DNA from: a virus
Taxonomy: Duplodnaviria > Heunggongvirae > Uroviricota > Caudoviricetes
Reading direction: 5' to 3' (one strand)
Virus record (IMG/VR): IMGVR_UViG_2718218139_000002
DNA: 33,748 nt
Positions 1 to 8,316 of the stretch are shown one piece after another (position 1 is the first letter of the stretch; each line of letters opens with the position of its first letter). Under the pieces are notes generated by a model. That model was not told where the DNA came from. It saw only the letters and a list, made by a program, of their open reading frames with translations, and searched no databases. Position numbers and translations under genes: made by a program.

Positions 1-177
1 ATGGAAAAAGATCTGAAAGCGTTGCGGGAATACCTGTTACTCTCCCCTGACTATCCTGAAGTTAACGATTCTCTGGCTAATTTCTCAACTGAAGACATGA
101 CCAACGAAGAGATAGCGGAACGTTTGGGAATTGCTCCAGATTGGATGGAAACCGTAGACCCCAGCAAACTTACCTGA
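1..177 (+). CDS. Small ORF at window edge (58 codons), unknown function; may be the 3' end of a longer upstream gene
   Basis: Open frame from position 1 to TGA at 175-177, followed directly by a GC-rich hairpin; no family recognised. Confidence 0.3.
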   Translation: MEKDLKALREYLLLSPDYPEVNDSLANFSTEDMTNEEIAERLGIAPDWMETVDPSKLT

Positions 178-178
178 T

Positions 179-212
179 GCAGAACGCGCCTTTGCTGGGC
201 GCGTTTCTTAGT
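179..212 (+). terminator. Candidate rho-independent terminator after the edge ORF
   Basis: Inverted repeat GAACGCGCC / GGCGCGTTTC around 183-208 followed by a T-rich stretch. Confidence 0.45.
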
Positions 213-262
213 CTTACATATGGCTGTTAATAGCTCAATACAGATGAGATTAGCCCTGCCAT

Positions 263-291
263 TTGACTATAAGTATCTTACACCGGATAAT
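263..291 (+). promoter_or_regulatory. Candidate sigma70 promoter for the two-gene operon
   Basis: TTGACT at 263-268, 17-bp spacer, GATAAT at 286-291, about 110 bp upstream of the first gene. Confidence 0.3.
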
Positions 292-402
292 TCGTGCGTA
301 AAAAGTGTTCAAACATATGATTCTTGATTTTGTTTGCCACCATAGTAAGCATTTTTATGTTGCATGTAGAGATGAGAAGGCAGGTATCACTTGATTGATA
401 TA

Positions 403-2868
403 ATGAAGGTTTGGCTTATTTCTCAAAAGTGGTTCTGGAAATTAAGAACAGATCTTGTGAGGGTTAGATTTATTTTAGAACGTGCGTCATACATACATCG
501 TACGTCTGTTTTTAAAGCTAAGTCTAACGCTCATGTTTTTATGTCTTTTGCGTTGGTAGGTTTAAAAAATTTGTTATGGGTCATATTAACGTTATTTGCA
601 CTGGGTTTTGTTGAAGATTATATTCGGAATAATACGATTTTGCTTCATCCTCTTAGCTATGATGAAAAAAAATTTAATATTGATCAACTTAGGTTGTACG
701 CACAGATACTTACCGCTATATTTTCAATATACTTTGCTACAATAGGTATCATTCTAAGTGCAGGATATACCAGACTTCGGCGAGATATTATACAAATGCT
801 TACTACCGAGCAGGTAGGTAATGTGTATTCGCGGACTTTAGTGCTTTCTGCGGTGTTTTGTCTTAGTGCAACTGCTCTCCACTTGTTCGGGGTTGAACCC
901 GGTCTTTTCGTTTATGCAATGGGAACATTGCTGACACTTGTTAGTTCCTTAGCTCTGTTCCCATTAGGTCAAAGATTATTCAATTTTTTTGACCTAAATC
1001 AGTTAGCCCGAAGTGAAATACTCCCACGAATTGCACGACACATCGAAGGTGCGTCTAATCCCAAGAATTCAGTATCTTTAGCTAATCATCACTCTAAAGC
1101 CGCACATTTGGCCTTTGAGCAGTTAAACTACATTGATGATCGCCTGATATGTGAAAAAGTAGGACTCGGAGATAATTTACCTGCTCTCAGTAATGTTTAT
1201 TCGGCATTACTTCTTCATTACCTTAATCAGAAACACAGAATTGATTATCAAAGTTACTGGTTCCCTAGACGAATAAAACATAAGCAATGGTTCTTAGCTG
1301 GCGACAGTGTAACATCCATTGCTTTAAAAACAAGGAGCCAATTAACGGTTGAAGAAGAACCAAATTATCTTTGGTTAGAGAATGAAATTATCAATAGGTT
1401 GGTAGGCCATATTGAACTTGCATTCAAAGCCGGTGATTTCAAGCTCGGGTTGGATCTCATCAGTCTATTCTCATCTCGTATATTAACTTATGCACAACAG
1501 TTTCAGTTCGATATTGGTATACGTGAACTTCGGAAAATGAAGACGATCATTGAAAAAGCCTTTACACCGTCTGATGTCGTTAATTATTTTGAGGAAAAGG
1601 TGATAAAAGTTGGAATTGCGGATGCATGGGCTGCATTAGGCAGCAATCTTTGCCTTGAAATGTTACGCCGCATGATTACTTTTGAGAAAGAATTGGAGCA
1701 GTTCTTTAAAGATGATATCTGGACAGAGACCTCTCTACACACTTTGCCTGCTTTTCTGCAGGTTGAGTTGGCCTTTATCGTAGAACGTATCGAATTCGAA
1801 AAAGAGATTGAAGGACAGAGATTATCCAAACCAAAGTACGTCCAGCAGTTGGCGGTTCAGAAGTTATTACAACAATATTCTAAAATTCTGCCAGAAGTAT
1901 GCGATTTTCACGTAAACATGGTTCCAGATTTCGTTAACTCACTGATAAACATGAAGATGCCGGAAGCCGCAACGCAAGTCGTTCTCGCTAGCCTACATAA
2001 TCATTTGAAGTTTCCCCATTGGTTTAATGAACTTTCTCTGCTCTTGGAGAGATACAGAAAGTACGAGCACTACTCTGAAAAGCTATACGCATTACCAGAA
2101 ATTAATATTGCTGAAATGCTCAAACAGTTTGTCGTTACACAGGATGAAGCTATAGCTATTCTTGGTAGGGAGGAAATTGTGGGACATATCATTGAACAAG
2201 AGCAAGATGATGAACTACCGGATCATTTGGGACAGATATATTTTGAGTTGGCTGAGGAATGTATACATGCGCTTGAACAGAATGATGAAAATAAACTGAG
2301 CAAGGTATTCCCTATGTTCATGGTTCTCTCATTGCTGGCATCAGATACTAAATTTGTAGATCCGAAACTCGATATAAACAACGAGTTTCGACTGCATCTC
2401 CTTTCATCCGCGATCAACGATCTGATGTCAGTTCTAGGTTTTGCTATCCTTTACAGTGCTTATTTCGATAATGCAAAACTATCTAAAACAGTACTTGATA
2501 GGTTTAAGTCTTGGCTCGAGTCTGTTCCCAACAAACAGCAGTATTTGAAGAGAATGATGATTCTTTCAAATCCGCGCAATTTCAGCTTGTGCGCATCACC
2601 GAGAGATATGATTCGTCTTAACTGGAAAATGGAATTTGAGCGCCGCGCAAGACATGATGGCTTTAGCGATCAAATGGGAATGAATCGAGGGAAATCTCAT
2701 ACGAACAAAGTTGTCAGAGAGTTCTTAAACTCCCATTCAGATGCATCGCATCTCTTTTGTGCTCTCGAAATTTTCCCGCAACTCGAGCAAATTGACTTCA
2801 AGATCGATTACCATGTTAGTGAGTTGGCTCGTCGTTTTGGCGTGGAATACGATAAGGATTTTGAATGA
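403..2868 (+). CDS. Large membrane protein, four predicted N-terminal TM helices plus a roughly 630-aa soluble domain; no recognisable family
   Basis: Long ORF 391-2868 (TTG at 391, first ATG at 403; start uncertain). Hydrophobic segments FMSFALVGLKNLLWVILTLFALGFV, LYAQILTAIFSIYFATIGIILSAGY, VLSAVFCLSATALHLFGV, LFVYAMGTLLTLVSSLALFPLG. AT-rich relative to phage genes. Stop overlaps the next start (ATGA). Confidence 0.6.
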   Translation: MKVWLISQKWFWKLRTDLVRVRFILERASYIHRTSVFKAKSNAHVFMSFALVGLKNLLWVILTLFALGFVEDYIRNNTILLHPLSYDEKKFNIDQLRLYAQILTAIFSIYFATIGIILSAGYTRLRRDIIQMLTTEQVGNVYSRTLVLSAVFCLSATALHLFGVEPGLFVYAMGTLLTLVSSLALFPLGQRLFNFFDLNQLARSEILPRIARHIEGASNPKNSVSLANHHSKAAHLAFEQLNYIDDRLICEKVGLGDNLPALSNVYSALLLHYLNQKHRIDYQSYWFPRRIKHKQWFLAGDSVTSIALKTRSQLTVEEEPNYLWLENEIINRLVGHIELAFKAGDFKLGLDLISLFSSRILTYAQQFQFDIGIRELRKMKTIIEKAFTPSDVVNYFEEKVIKVGIADAWAALGSNLCLEMLRRMITFEKELEQFFKDDIWTETSLHTLPAFLQVELAFIVERIEFEKEIEGQRLSKPKYVQQLAVQKLLQQYSKILPEVCDFHVNMVPDFVNSLINMKMPEAATQVVLASLHNHLKFPHWFNELSLLLERYRKYEHYSEKLYALPEINIAEMLKQFVVTQDEAIAILGREEIVGHIIEQEQDDELPDHLGQIYFELAEECIHALEQNDENKLSKVFPMFMVLSLLASDTKFVDPKLDINNEFRLHLLSSAINDLMSVLGFAILYSAYFDNAKLSKTVLDRFKSWLESVPNKQQYLKRMMILSNPRNFSLCASPRDMIRLNWKMEFERRARHDGFSDQMGMNRGKSHTNKVVREFLNSHSDASHLFCALEIFPQLEQIDFKIDYHVSELARRFGVEYDKDFE

Positions 2869-3857
2869 AAATTATCAAGAATATACCCCTTTACGGTTAT
2901 AGCGTCGATCCTGAGCAATTAAGTTTTGTTGATAGACTATTGACCAAGTCTAAGAATGAACGACCAGGTTTCTATCAAAGGATGTTTTATGAGGATTTTG
3001 CTAGAGTTTTTAATTTTGTAAATCACGGTGATACCAATTTGTTTCAAATCGAAACTAACGACGAAGAACTCATACGTAAAATGTTTGGAAATTTACAAGC
3101 TAGATATAGGAAATACTCGGTAGATGAAACAATACGTGAATTGGTGGAGGCAGTAGCGCAATCGTTGATTTGGCAAGGAACGGCATACTATTTTGTTCAA
3201 AACGTTTCTGAGCAAGAAAAAATACATATTACTCCTCTCGTTTCTGATAATATATTTTGTTTTTTTTCAGTGTATTTTCAGTATGTGCCGAAACGGTGTG
3301 AAAGATATTTAGAACGGGATCATGAGATGCTTCCAAGAGAATTAAGAATCTTGGATAAAAACAAACTAATGCGTTTCGAAATTCCTAGGTCCTTAAGGCA
3401 GATGTTGTCTGAACAAAATCGGACTTTAAAGATCATTGACAAGCATCAATTTGGTGTTACTAATTTTTATCCTCAAGCAACATACGAAAATCCTAACCCG
3501 AAAAGTCACTTTGATTTTAGCATTTGGAAAAATACGCAAGAGCAAGCATTATTCCGAGCTACGAGGAAAACCGGGTGGAATGGTAGAAATTATGATTCAT
3601 CAAAATGTTCTGATTTCTTCCATTACTATCGTCTTATTCGATTTAGACGGAATCAACTTATTTTACGTGATTATATATTGTTGCAATTAGGTAAAGAGCT
3701 CACAAGGGTAGGTCACCGATATAATGAGGACTTTAATGTTGTGATTTCACCAACAAGTGTTTTGCCTCAAATCGATAAACTAGATGAGATGGAATCATTA
3801 CTTTCTAGGGAGGAAATAGATTTTACTGAGGTGTCGGATTACTATTACGAACGTTGA
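2865..3857 (+). CDS. 330-aa soluble hypothetical protein, partner of the membrane protein
   Basis: ATG at 2865 overlaps the upstream TGA (2866-2868), indicating translational coupling; AT-rich; no motif recognised. Confidence 0.6.
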   Translation: MKIIKNIPLYGYSVDPEQLSFVDRLLTKSKNERPGFYQRMFYEDFARVFNFVNHGDTNLFQIETNDEELIRKMFGNLQARYRKYSVDETIRELVEAVAQSLIWQGTAYYFVQNVSEQEKIHITPLVSDNIFCFFSVYFQYVPKRCERYLERDHEMLPRELRILDKNKLMRFEIPRSLRQMLSEQNRTLKIIDKHQFGVTNFYPQATYENPNPKSHFDFSIWKNTQEQALFRATRKTGWNGRNYDSSKCSDFFHYYRLIRFRRNQLILRDYILLQLGKELTRVGHRYNEDFNVVISPTSVLPQIDKLDEMESLLSREEIDFTEVSDYYYER

Positions 3858-3980
3858 GCTTAGAAAAGTAACTATCGAACATTTAACACTATCATTTCGT
3901 TTCAATCTGGAGACTTATGGTGAACGTGCCCAAATTTCGCTCAGAGCAGACTGTCAGATTCAATCGTACCTTTTAAGTTG

Positions 3981-4011
3981 ATAACGCAATTTTGCGTTAT
4001 GCTTGTTTTTT
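3981..4011 (+). terminator. Candidate rho-independent terminator of the two-gene operon
   Basis: Palindrome ATAACGCAA..TTGCGTTAT (3981-4000) followed by GCTTGTTTTTT. Confidence 0.45.
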
Positions 4012-4648
4012 GGATGGGGATATATTTATCTCATTGATTTATATATAAATATAACGTTTATGTTGTTAGTCGTGCACGGTAAAGTTCTAGTATATGTCTC
4101 AGAATCTTCTTCAATACCTCAGGTATATTAAATGGTTAAAAGATAAAAAGCCTTTCAGAGTCGTGCTTACGCGCTCAAATTTCATGGTTGGGGATTTATA
4201 CGTGTATTCAACCCAAAAAGTGACTGAAAAAGTGCTTACAGAGTGACGTTACGTTGACGTTGTTTTCTGGTGATTTTTGCTCAGTAGTTGTTATTATATG
4301 TTTGATTATTATATATATTTTTAATATGTTGCTCACTTCAAACTCACGTCAACTCACTCTTATAGAGTGATTAATTTCTATAAGTACTTTATCTCAAAAT
4401 TTGATTTTTACGGATGGAAGCCCTTCAAAGAAACGTCATTTTTTTCTAAGACTTTGATCTTTCGTTAACGGTGTTAGTGGGGACTTCGGTCATCGAGTGC
4501 GATGCGCTCTTCTGACCGTTTCAATGGATAGGTTCGCCTTCTTGCGCCTCTCGCGGCGCTTGCCGCGCTCCGCGCTTTTGGCGATTGGGCAGGGATATTT
4601 CTCTTATATTGGTCGTTTTTTGCTCTGCCTTGTCACGATCTGTCACTA

Positions 4649-4900
4649 CTAGTAGTAATGGTCATAACCTCCGCTTTCTCTTCTGGCTCTGGATGCTCTC
4701 ACTCGTGCTTTTCTTAACATCCTTAACAGCGGGTGGGTTTGTACTTTGTTCGAGTTTATTGTCTGTGAGGATAGTAACTCCCTGCGCTCTGTCTCTGCCT
4801 CTTTGGTGACCGCTATCACTGATAAATCCCAATCGTGTTTGCTAATTAACGGTGCTTGGAACGGGGTGATTGGTGAGCGATTTATGTCTTGTCGTTTCAA
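4649..4900 (-). CDS. ORF occupying the N-gene position downstream of nutL; not recognisably an N antiterminator
   Basis: 83-codon ORF with TTG start lying 16 nt after a lambda-like AGGAGAATCCAG ribosome-binding stretch; arginine-rich segment RMLRKARVRASRARR is near the C-terminus rather than the N-terminus. Confidence 0.2.
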   Translation of the reverse strand: MKRQDINRSPITPFQAPLISKHDWDLSVIAVTKEAETERRELLSSQTINSNKVQTHPLLRMLRKARVRASRARRESGGYDHYY

Positions 4901-5020
4901 TGTACGCTGTCTGGATTCTCCTGTCAGTTAGCTTTGAGTAACGCGCCGTGATGCTTATCTCCACGGTTGCTGTCTTGCAGCTGCATTTCGCGCTACTCAA
5001 AGCCTTCTGCTTTGAATGCT

Positions 5021-5052
5021 GCCCTTCTTCAGGGCTAAATTTTTAAGAGCAT
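5021..5052 (-). promoter_or_regulatory. nutL: nutL (boxA plus boxB) N-utilisation site, lambda-type
   Basis: Minus strand reads TGCTCTTAAAAATTTAGCCCTGAAGAAGGGC: boxB hairpin GCCCTGAAGAAGGGC as I recall for lambda nutL, boxA one mismatch from CGCTCTTA. Confidence 0.7.
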
Positions 5053-5090
5053 CACCTTCATGGTGGTTAGTACGTCCTGCTGATGGCTAA

Positions 5091-5119
5091 ATAGTACGAT
5101 TTGTACTTTATCGAGTCAA
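5091..5119 (-). promoter_or_regulatory. pL: pL-like early-left promoter
   Basis: Minus strand TTGACT (5114-5119), 17-bp spacer, TACTAT (5091-5096), positioned upstream of nutL as in lambda; spacer holds palindrome AGTACAAATCGTACT. Confidence 0.55.
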
Positions 5120-5180
5120 TACAAAATGTTCTAAATATAATTAGTTTTTTATAACGCTTTGTATTTAATGGGTTTATATT

Positions 5181-5214
5181 TTGGAAAAAGAAAACCCGAC
5201 GCTAAGGTCGGGTT
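5181..5214 (-). terminator. Terminator downstream of the repressor gene
   Basis: Hairpin AACCCGAC-GCTAAG-GTCGGGTT (5193-5214); on the minus strand it is followed by TTTTCTTTTTCC. Confidence 0.55.
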
Positions 5215-5244
5215 ATTGTTGTGTGTTTTAGAGTTGTGAGGCTG

Positions 5245-5904
5245 TTAACTAAATGTCTCTTCAGGCCACTGGCTGGCGATAACTTTCCCTACTACGGAAC
5301 AGCTATCATTGCATGGAATCATTGGATATTGCGGGTTTAGTGGCTGTAGGAACACCTGACCGCTATCCCTGATCAGTTTCTTGAAGGTAAACTCGTCACC
5401 ACCAAGTCTGGCTATGCAGAAATCACCTGGCTCAACAGCCTGCTCAGGGTCAACGAGAATTAACATCCCGTCAGGAAAGCTTGGCTTTGATCCTGTTGGC
5501 GCGGTCATGGAATTACCTTCAACTTCAAGCCAAAACGCACAATCACTGGCTTTTTTGGTTGTGCTGACCCATCTCTCCGCATCACCTTTGGTAAAGGTTC
5601 TAAGCTCAGGCGAGAACATCCCGGCCTGAACATGAGAAAAAACAGGGTACTCATATTGTTTTTTAACGGGGGCAGATGAGTATTCGCCAACAGGTGAAAA
5701 TGTACCGTCGTGGTTGAATGAGACGTTATCAATACTAAGGTATTTAAACACCACACCAATCTCGTCAAGAGATGGATGACGAGATCCGCGCAACCAGTGA
5801 CCAATTCCACCCTGCGTCATACCAAGCTCTTCAGCTAACTTCTCTTGAGTTATGCCGAGCTCTTTCATTCTGGATCTAGCCAGTTCATACCATTTCATTT
5901 TCAT
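5245..5904 (-). CDS. cI: CI-type prophage repressor: HTH N-terminal domain plus LexA-like S24 autocleavage domain
   Basis: C-terminal half ([22 protein letters not shown]...GNSMTAP...FTFKKL...ASQWPEETF) matches lambda cI as recalled; N-terminal HTH domain differs. ORF extends to 5946; start placed at the MKMKWYEL methionine, alternatives at 5946 and 5940. Confidence 0.85.
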   Translation of the reverse strand: MKMKWYELARSRMKELGITQEKLAEELGMTQGGIGHWLRGSRHPSLDEIGVVFKYLSIDNVSFNHDGTFSPVGEYSSAPVKKQYEYPVFSHVQAGMFSPELRTFTKGDAERWVSTTKKASDCAFWLEVEGNSMTAPTGSKPSFPDGMLILVDPEQAVEPGDFCIARLGGDEFTFKKLIRDSGQVFLQPLNPQYPMIPCNDSCSVVGKVIASQWPEETFS

Positions 5905-6015
5905 ACCCTTATTATTACGCTCTGTACTAAAACCATCCATGCACAAGATGTATTTTTTGTTTGCATTCTAAAAGTGCATATCGTATTATTGTTTCATGGT
6001 TACTATGGAGGGCAT
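5905..6015. promoter_or_regulatory. Divergent immunity control region (pRM/pR and operators)
   Basis: Intergenic region between divergent repressor and cro-like genes; candidate rightward promoter TTGCAT (5961-5966), 17 bp, TATTAT (5984-5989); GGAGGG ribosome-binding site at 6007-6012. Confidence 0.5.
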
Positions 6016-6222
6016 ATGAGCAACCTACGAAAATATCGAGAGTCACTGAATATCTCTCAAACAACACTTGCTAAGGCAGTTGGATGCACACAGGGAGCTA
6101 TCGGACATTGGGAATCTGGTCGTCGCTTCCCAGACCTTAAAACATGCCGTGCTCTTGTTGAGTGCCTAAAGCGGTATATGACGAGAACAGTAGCGCCGCG
6201 CCATTTGCTGAAATCATCGTGA
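6016..6222 (+). CDS. cro: Cro-like HTH regulator, C-terminus probably altered by a deletion fusion
   Basis: First gene rightward of the operator region; HTH segment [25 protein letters not shown]; the last 17 or so codons run into the helicase-remnant sequence. Confidence 0.55.
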   Translation: MSNLRKYRESLNISQTTLAKAVGCTQGAIGHWESGRRFPDLKTCRALVECLKRYMTRTVAPRHLLKSS

Positions 6223-6377
6223 CGAAAAACCGTTTTGGCTCGCTTGGTACGGTTTACCAGCGGTTCTGCAACGGACACTTTGTTGCATGTGACCAGGATG
6301 AAGCCAGACAGATTTGCACAGAATCAAATGCACCTGCTGCGCGTGGCAGACGATATGCACAAGGGGCGGACGTATGA
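6195..6377 (+). pseudogene. 3' remnant of a DnaB-type replicative helicase gene (P22 gene 12 position)
   Basis: Translation [36 protein letters not shown] resembles the extreme C-terminus of DnaB-family helicases; no upstream helicase body or O-like initiator gene present. Confidence 0.5.
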
Positions 6378-6402
6378 CCATCTACATCACTGAGCTAATA
6401 AC

Positions 6403-6433
6403 AGGCCTGCTGGTAATCGCAGGCCTTTTTATT
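6403..6433 (+). terminator. tR2-like rho-independent terminator
   Basis: AGGCCTGC-TGGTAATC-GCAGGCCT followed by TTTTTATTT. Confidence 0.7.
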
Positions 6434-6449
6434 TGGGGGAGAGTAAATC

Positions 6450-6656
6450 GTGGTTGAGTTGATTTTTTCTGCATTGAGGATTCTCGGTGCTATGTGGATG
6501 GTGTCGACGTTCATTGCGGTTGTCGGAAGTTTTGTCCGGTTGGTAGGCGAAGGTAAAGACCTGGTGGGTGTGCTGTTCGGTAGCATTCTCCTGTGGGTGA
6601 TTATCGGTGTTGCGCCTGTCGCTGTAGCAAAAATGGCGTGGCGTTTTGTGAGTTGA
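6450..6656 (+). CDS. Small hydrophobic protein (about 2 TM), nin-region ORF
   Basis: GTG start with GGGGGAGAG ribosome-binding site; very hydrophobic 68-aa product. Confidence 0.4.
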   Translation: MVELIFSALRILGAMWMVSTFIAVVGSFVRLVGEGKDLVGVLFGSILLWVIIGVAPVAVAKMAWRFVS

Positions 6657-6663
6657 GGTGACA

Positions 6664-7110
6664 ATGAAGCAAATATACATGCTTCGCAACGAAGCAATCA
6701 GAAACAACGCCATAGACGCAATACTCTCACTTCCGATCGACGACAAGTCACCTCACGAAGTCCACATTAAAGAACCAAAGCGGAGCAATCCTCAAAACCG
6801 CCTTATGTGGGCGTTATTGCAGGACGTATCACGTCAGGTGCTTTGGCATGGACAGAGACTTGCGCCGGAGGACTGGAAAGACCTGTTCACTGCCCTGTGG
6901 CTTAAGACCAAAAAACTGGAGCAACGAAGTGTGCCTGGTATCGATGGTGGCGTTGTCATGCTTGGCGTGCGTACCAGCAAAATGCGAAAGGCCAGCATGA
7001 CTGAGCTTATCGAAATCATGTTTTGGTTCGGCTCAGAGCGCAACGTGCGGTGGAGTGATGACTCCCGGCGAGAGTATGAATGGTCACAACGAAAAGGTAG
7101 GGCTGCATGA
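6664..7110 (+). CDS. ninB: NinB recombination protein
   Basis: Clear similarity to lambda NinB as recalled (SNPQNRLMWALLQDVSRQVLWHGQRL; C-terminal [20 protein letters not shown]); ATG at 6664 after GAGGTG. Confidence 0.85.
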   Translation: MKQIYMLRNEAIRNNAIDAILSLPIDDKSPHEVHIKEPKRSNPQNRLMWALLQDVSRQVLWHGQRLAPEDWKDLFTALWLKTKKLEQRSVPGIDGGVVMLGVRTSKMRKASMTELIEIMFWFGSERNVRWSDDSRREYEWSQRKGRAA

Positions 7111-7634
7111 CTATCAAATCAAATACACCAGCACACGACAAGGACTGCTGGCAAACGCCGCTTTGGCTTTTTGATGCGCTGGATATTGAGTTTGGATTCT
7201 GGCTGGATTCAGCTGCGAGCGACAAAAATGCTCTGTGCGCTCACTGGCTAACTGAGGCCGACGACGCACTCAATTCTGAGTGGATAAGCCACGGTGCAAT
7301 CTGGAATAACCCACCGTACAGCAATATCAGGCCGTGGGTGGAAAAAGCCGCTGAGCAGTGCATACAACAGCGACAGACGGTAGTGATGCTTGTGCCAGAG
7401 GATATGTCTGTCGGATGGTTCAGCAAGGCTCTGGAGAGTGTTGACGAAGTTCGCATTATCACTGATGGACGGATTAATTTTATCGAACCATCGACAGGGC
7501 TGGAGAAGAAGGGAAACAGTAAAGGCTCCATGCTGCTGATTTGGCGACCGTTCATCAGTCCTCGACGGATGTTTACTACCGTATCCAAAGCGGCATTGAT
7601 GGCGATCGGGCAGGGCGTCAGGAGGGCGGCATGA
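7107..7634 (+). CDS. Phage DNA N6-adenine methyltransferase (Dam-type)
   Basis: NPPY catalytic motif (IWNNPPYSN); start overlaps the ninB stop. Confidence 0.8.
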   Translation: MTIKSNTPAHDKDCWQTPLWLFDALDIEFGFWLDSAASDKNALCAHWLTEADDALNSEWISHGAIWNNPPYSNIRPWVEKAAEQCIQQRQTVVMLVPEDMSVGWFSKALESVDEVRIITDGRINFIEPSTGLEKKGNSKGSMLLIWRPFISPRRMFTTVSKAALMAIGQGVRRAA

Positions 7635-7813
7635 GGCGACAGCGACGAAGTTTCACCGACATCATCTGCGAAAACTGCAAATACCTTCCAACGAAACGCT
7701 CCAGAAATAAACGCAAGCCAATCCCAAAAGAATCTGACGTAAAAACCTTCAATTACACGGCTCACCTGTGGGATATCCGGTGGCTAAGACATCGTGCGAG
7801 GAAAACAAGGTGA
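7631..7813 (+). CDS. ninE: NinE
   Basis: [60 protein letters not shown] is near-identical to lambda NinE as recalled; AGGAGGG ribosome-binding site; start overlaps previous stop. Confidence 0.85.
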   Translation: MRRQRRSFTDIICENCKYLPTKRSRNKRKPIPKESDVKTFNYTAHLWDIRWLRHRARKTR

Positions 7814-8316
7814 TTGACTAAAATCGAAGTTACGAACAAGAAAGCGTCGAGCGGGCTTCAGTGTACACTGAGTGGATTCTATCTAGGCTTAGTGCATACA
7901 GAAGATTGCTGGTAAAGGACATGCCAGGCAAAACGATGAGGACTGATATTTATGAAAACATCTGATTTTTTACTGTTCTTGCATGCGGTACAGGAGGGGC
8001 TTTGACCGGGCATTTTATCGTGAATATTTTCACTTGGTATTTCTTTGGTTTTAGAGATTACTTCACTCGATGGGTTTTAAATAGTTTTCGTCGGTTTATC
8101 GGGTGCAAGCCTGATATGAGAATTTATAAAGATGAAAAGAATTGATTGTTAATGTGTTATGAGGTTTTTTGTTGTGAGTTTGTAATTTGCTTTTATAGAA
8201 ATACATTAAGTAAATATAATTAAATATTCAAATTGTATATGTATGCGACATGTTGGTGTTTGGTCGCATACACTGTTGAATATTTGGCTAATGTTATATC
8301 AATGTAGAGTTAAAGT

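Noticed and set aside
3436-3690. 84-codon ORF inside the second cargo gene in another frame
   Set aside because: Fully nested in a longer, better-supported ORF; AT-rich DNA readily yields such frames.
1-4000. Search for an attR copy of the argW 3' end in the left part of the window
   Set aside because: No match to the tRNA 3' segment found by eye; the boundary is probably outside the window or deleted.
4495-4600. Arginine-rich translation (GKRRERRKKA) on the minus strand of a GC-rich block, resembling an N-protein RNA-binding motif
   Set aside because: No start codon in that frame, and a stop lies immediately upstream; probably a by-product of GC-rich palindromic DNA.
7814-7915. Possible ninF: TTG-initiated 33-codon ORF just after ninE
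   Set aside because: Only the first dozen or so codons resemble what I recall of the ninE-ninF junction; not confident enough to call as a gene, so treated as a probable truncated remnant marking the left edge of the cargo insertion.
8241-8272. Inverted repeat GTATGCGAC / GTCGCATAC downstream of the 590-aa gene, considered as its terminator
   Set aside because: No T-tract follows on the minus strand; may be a binding site or coincidental.
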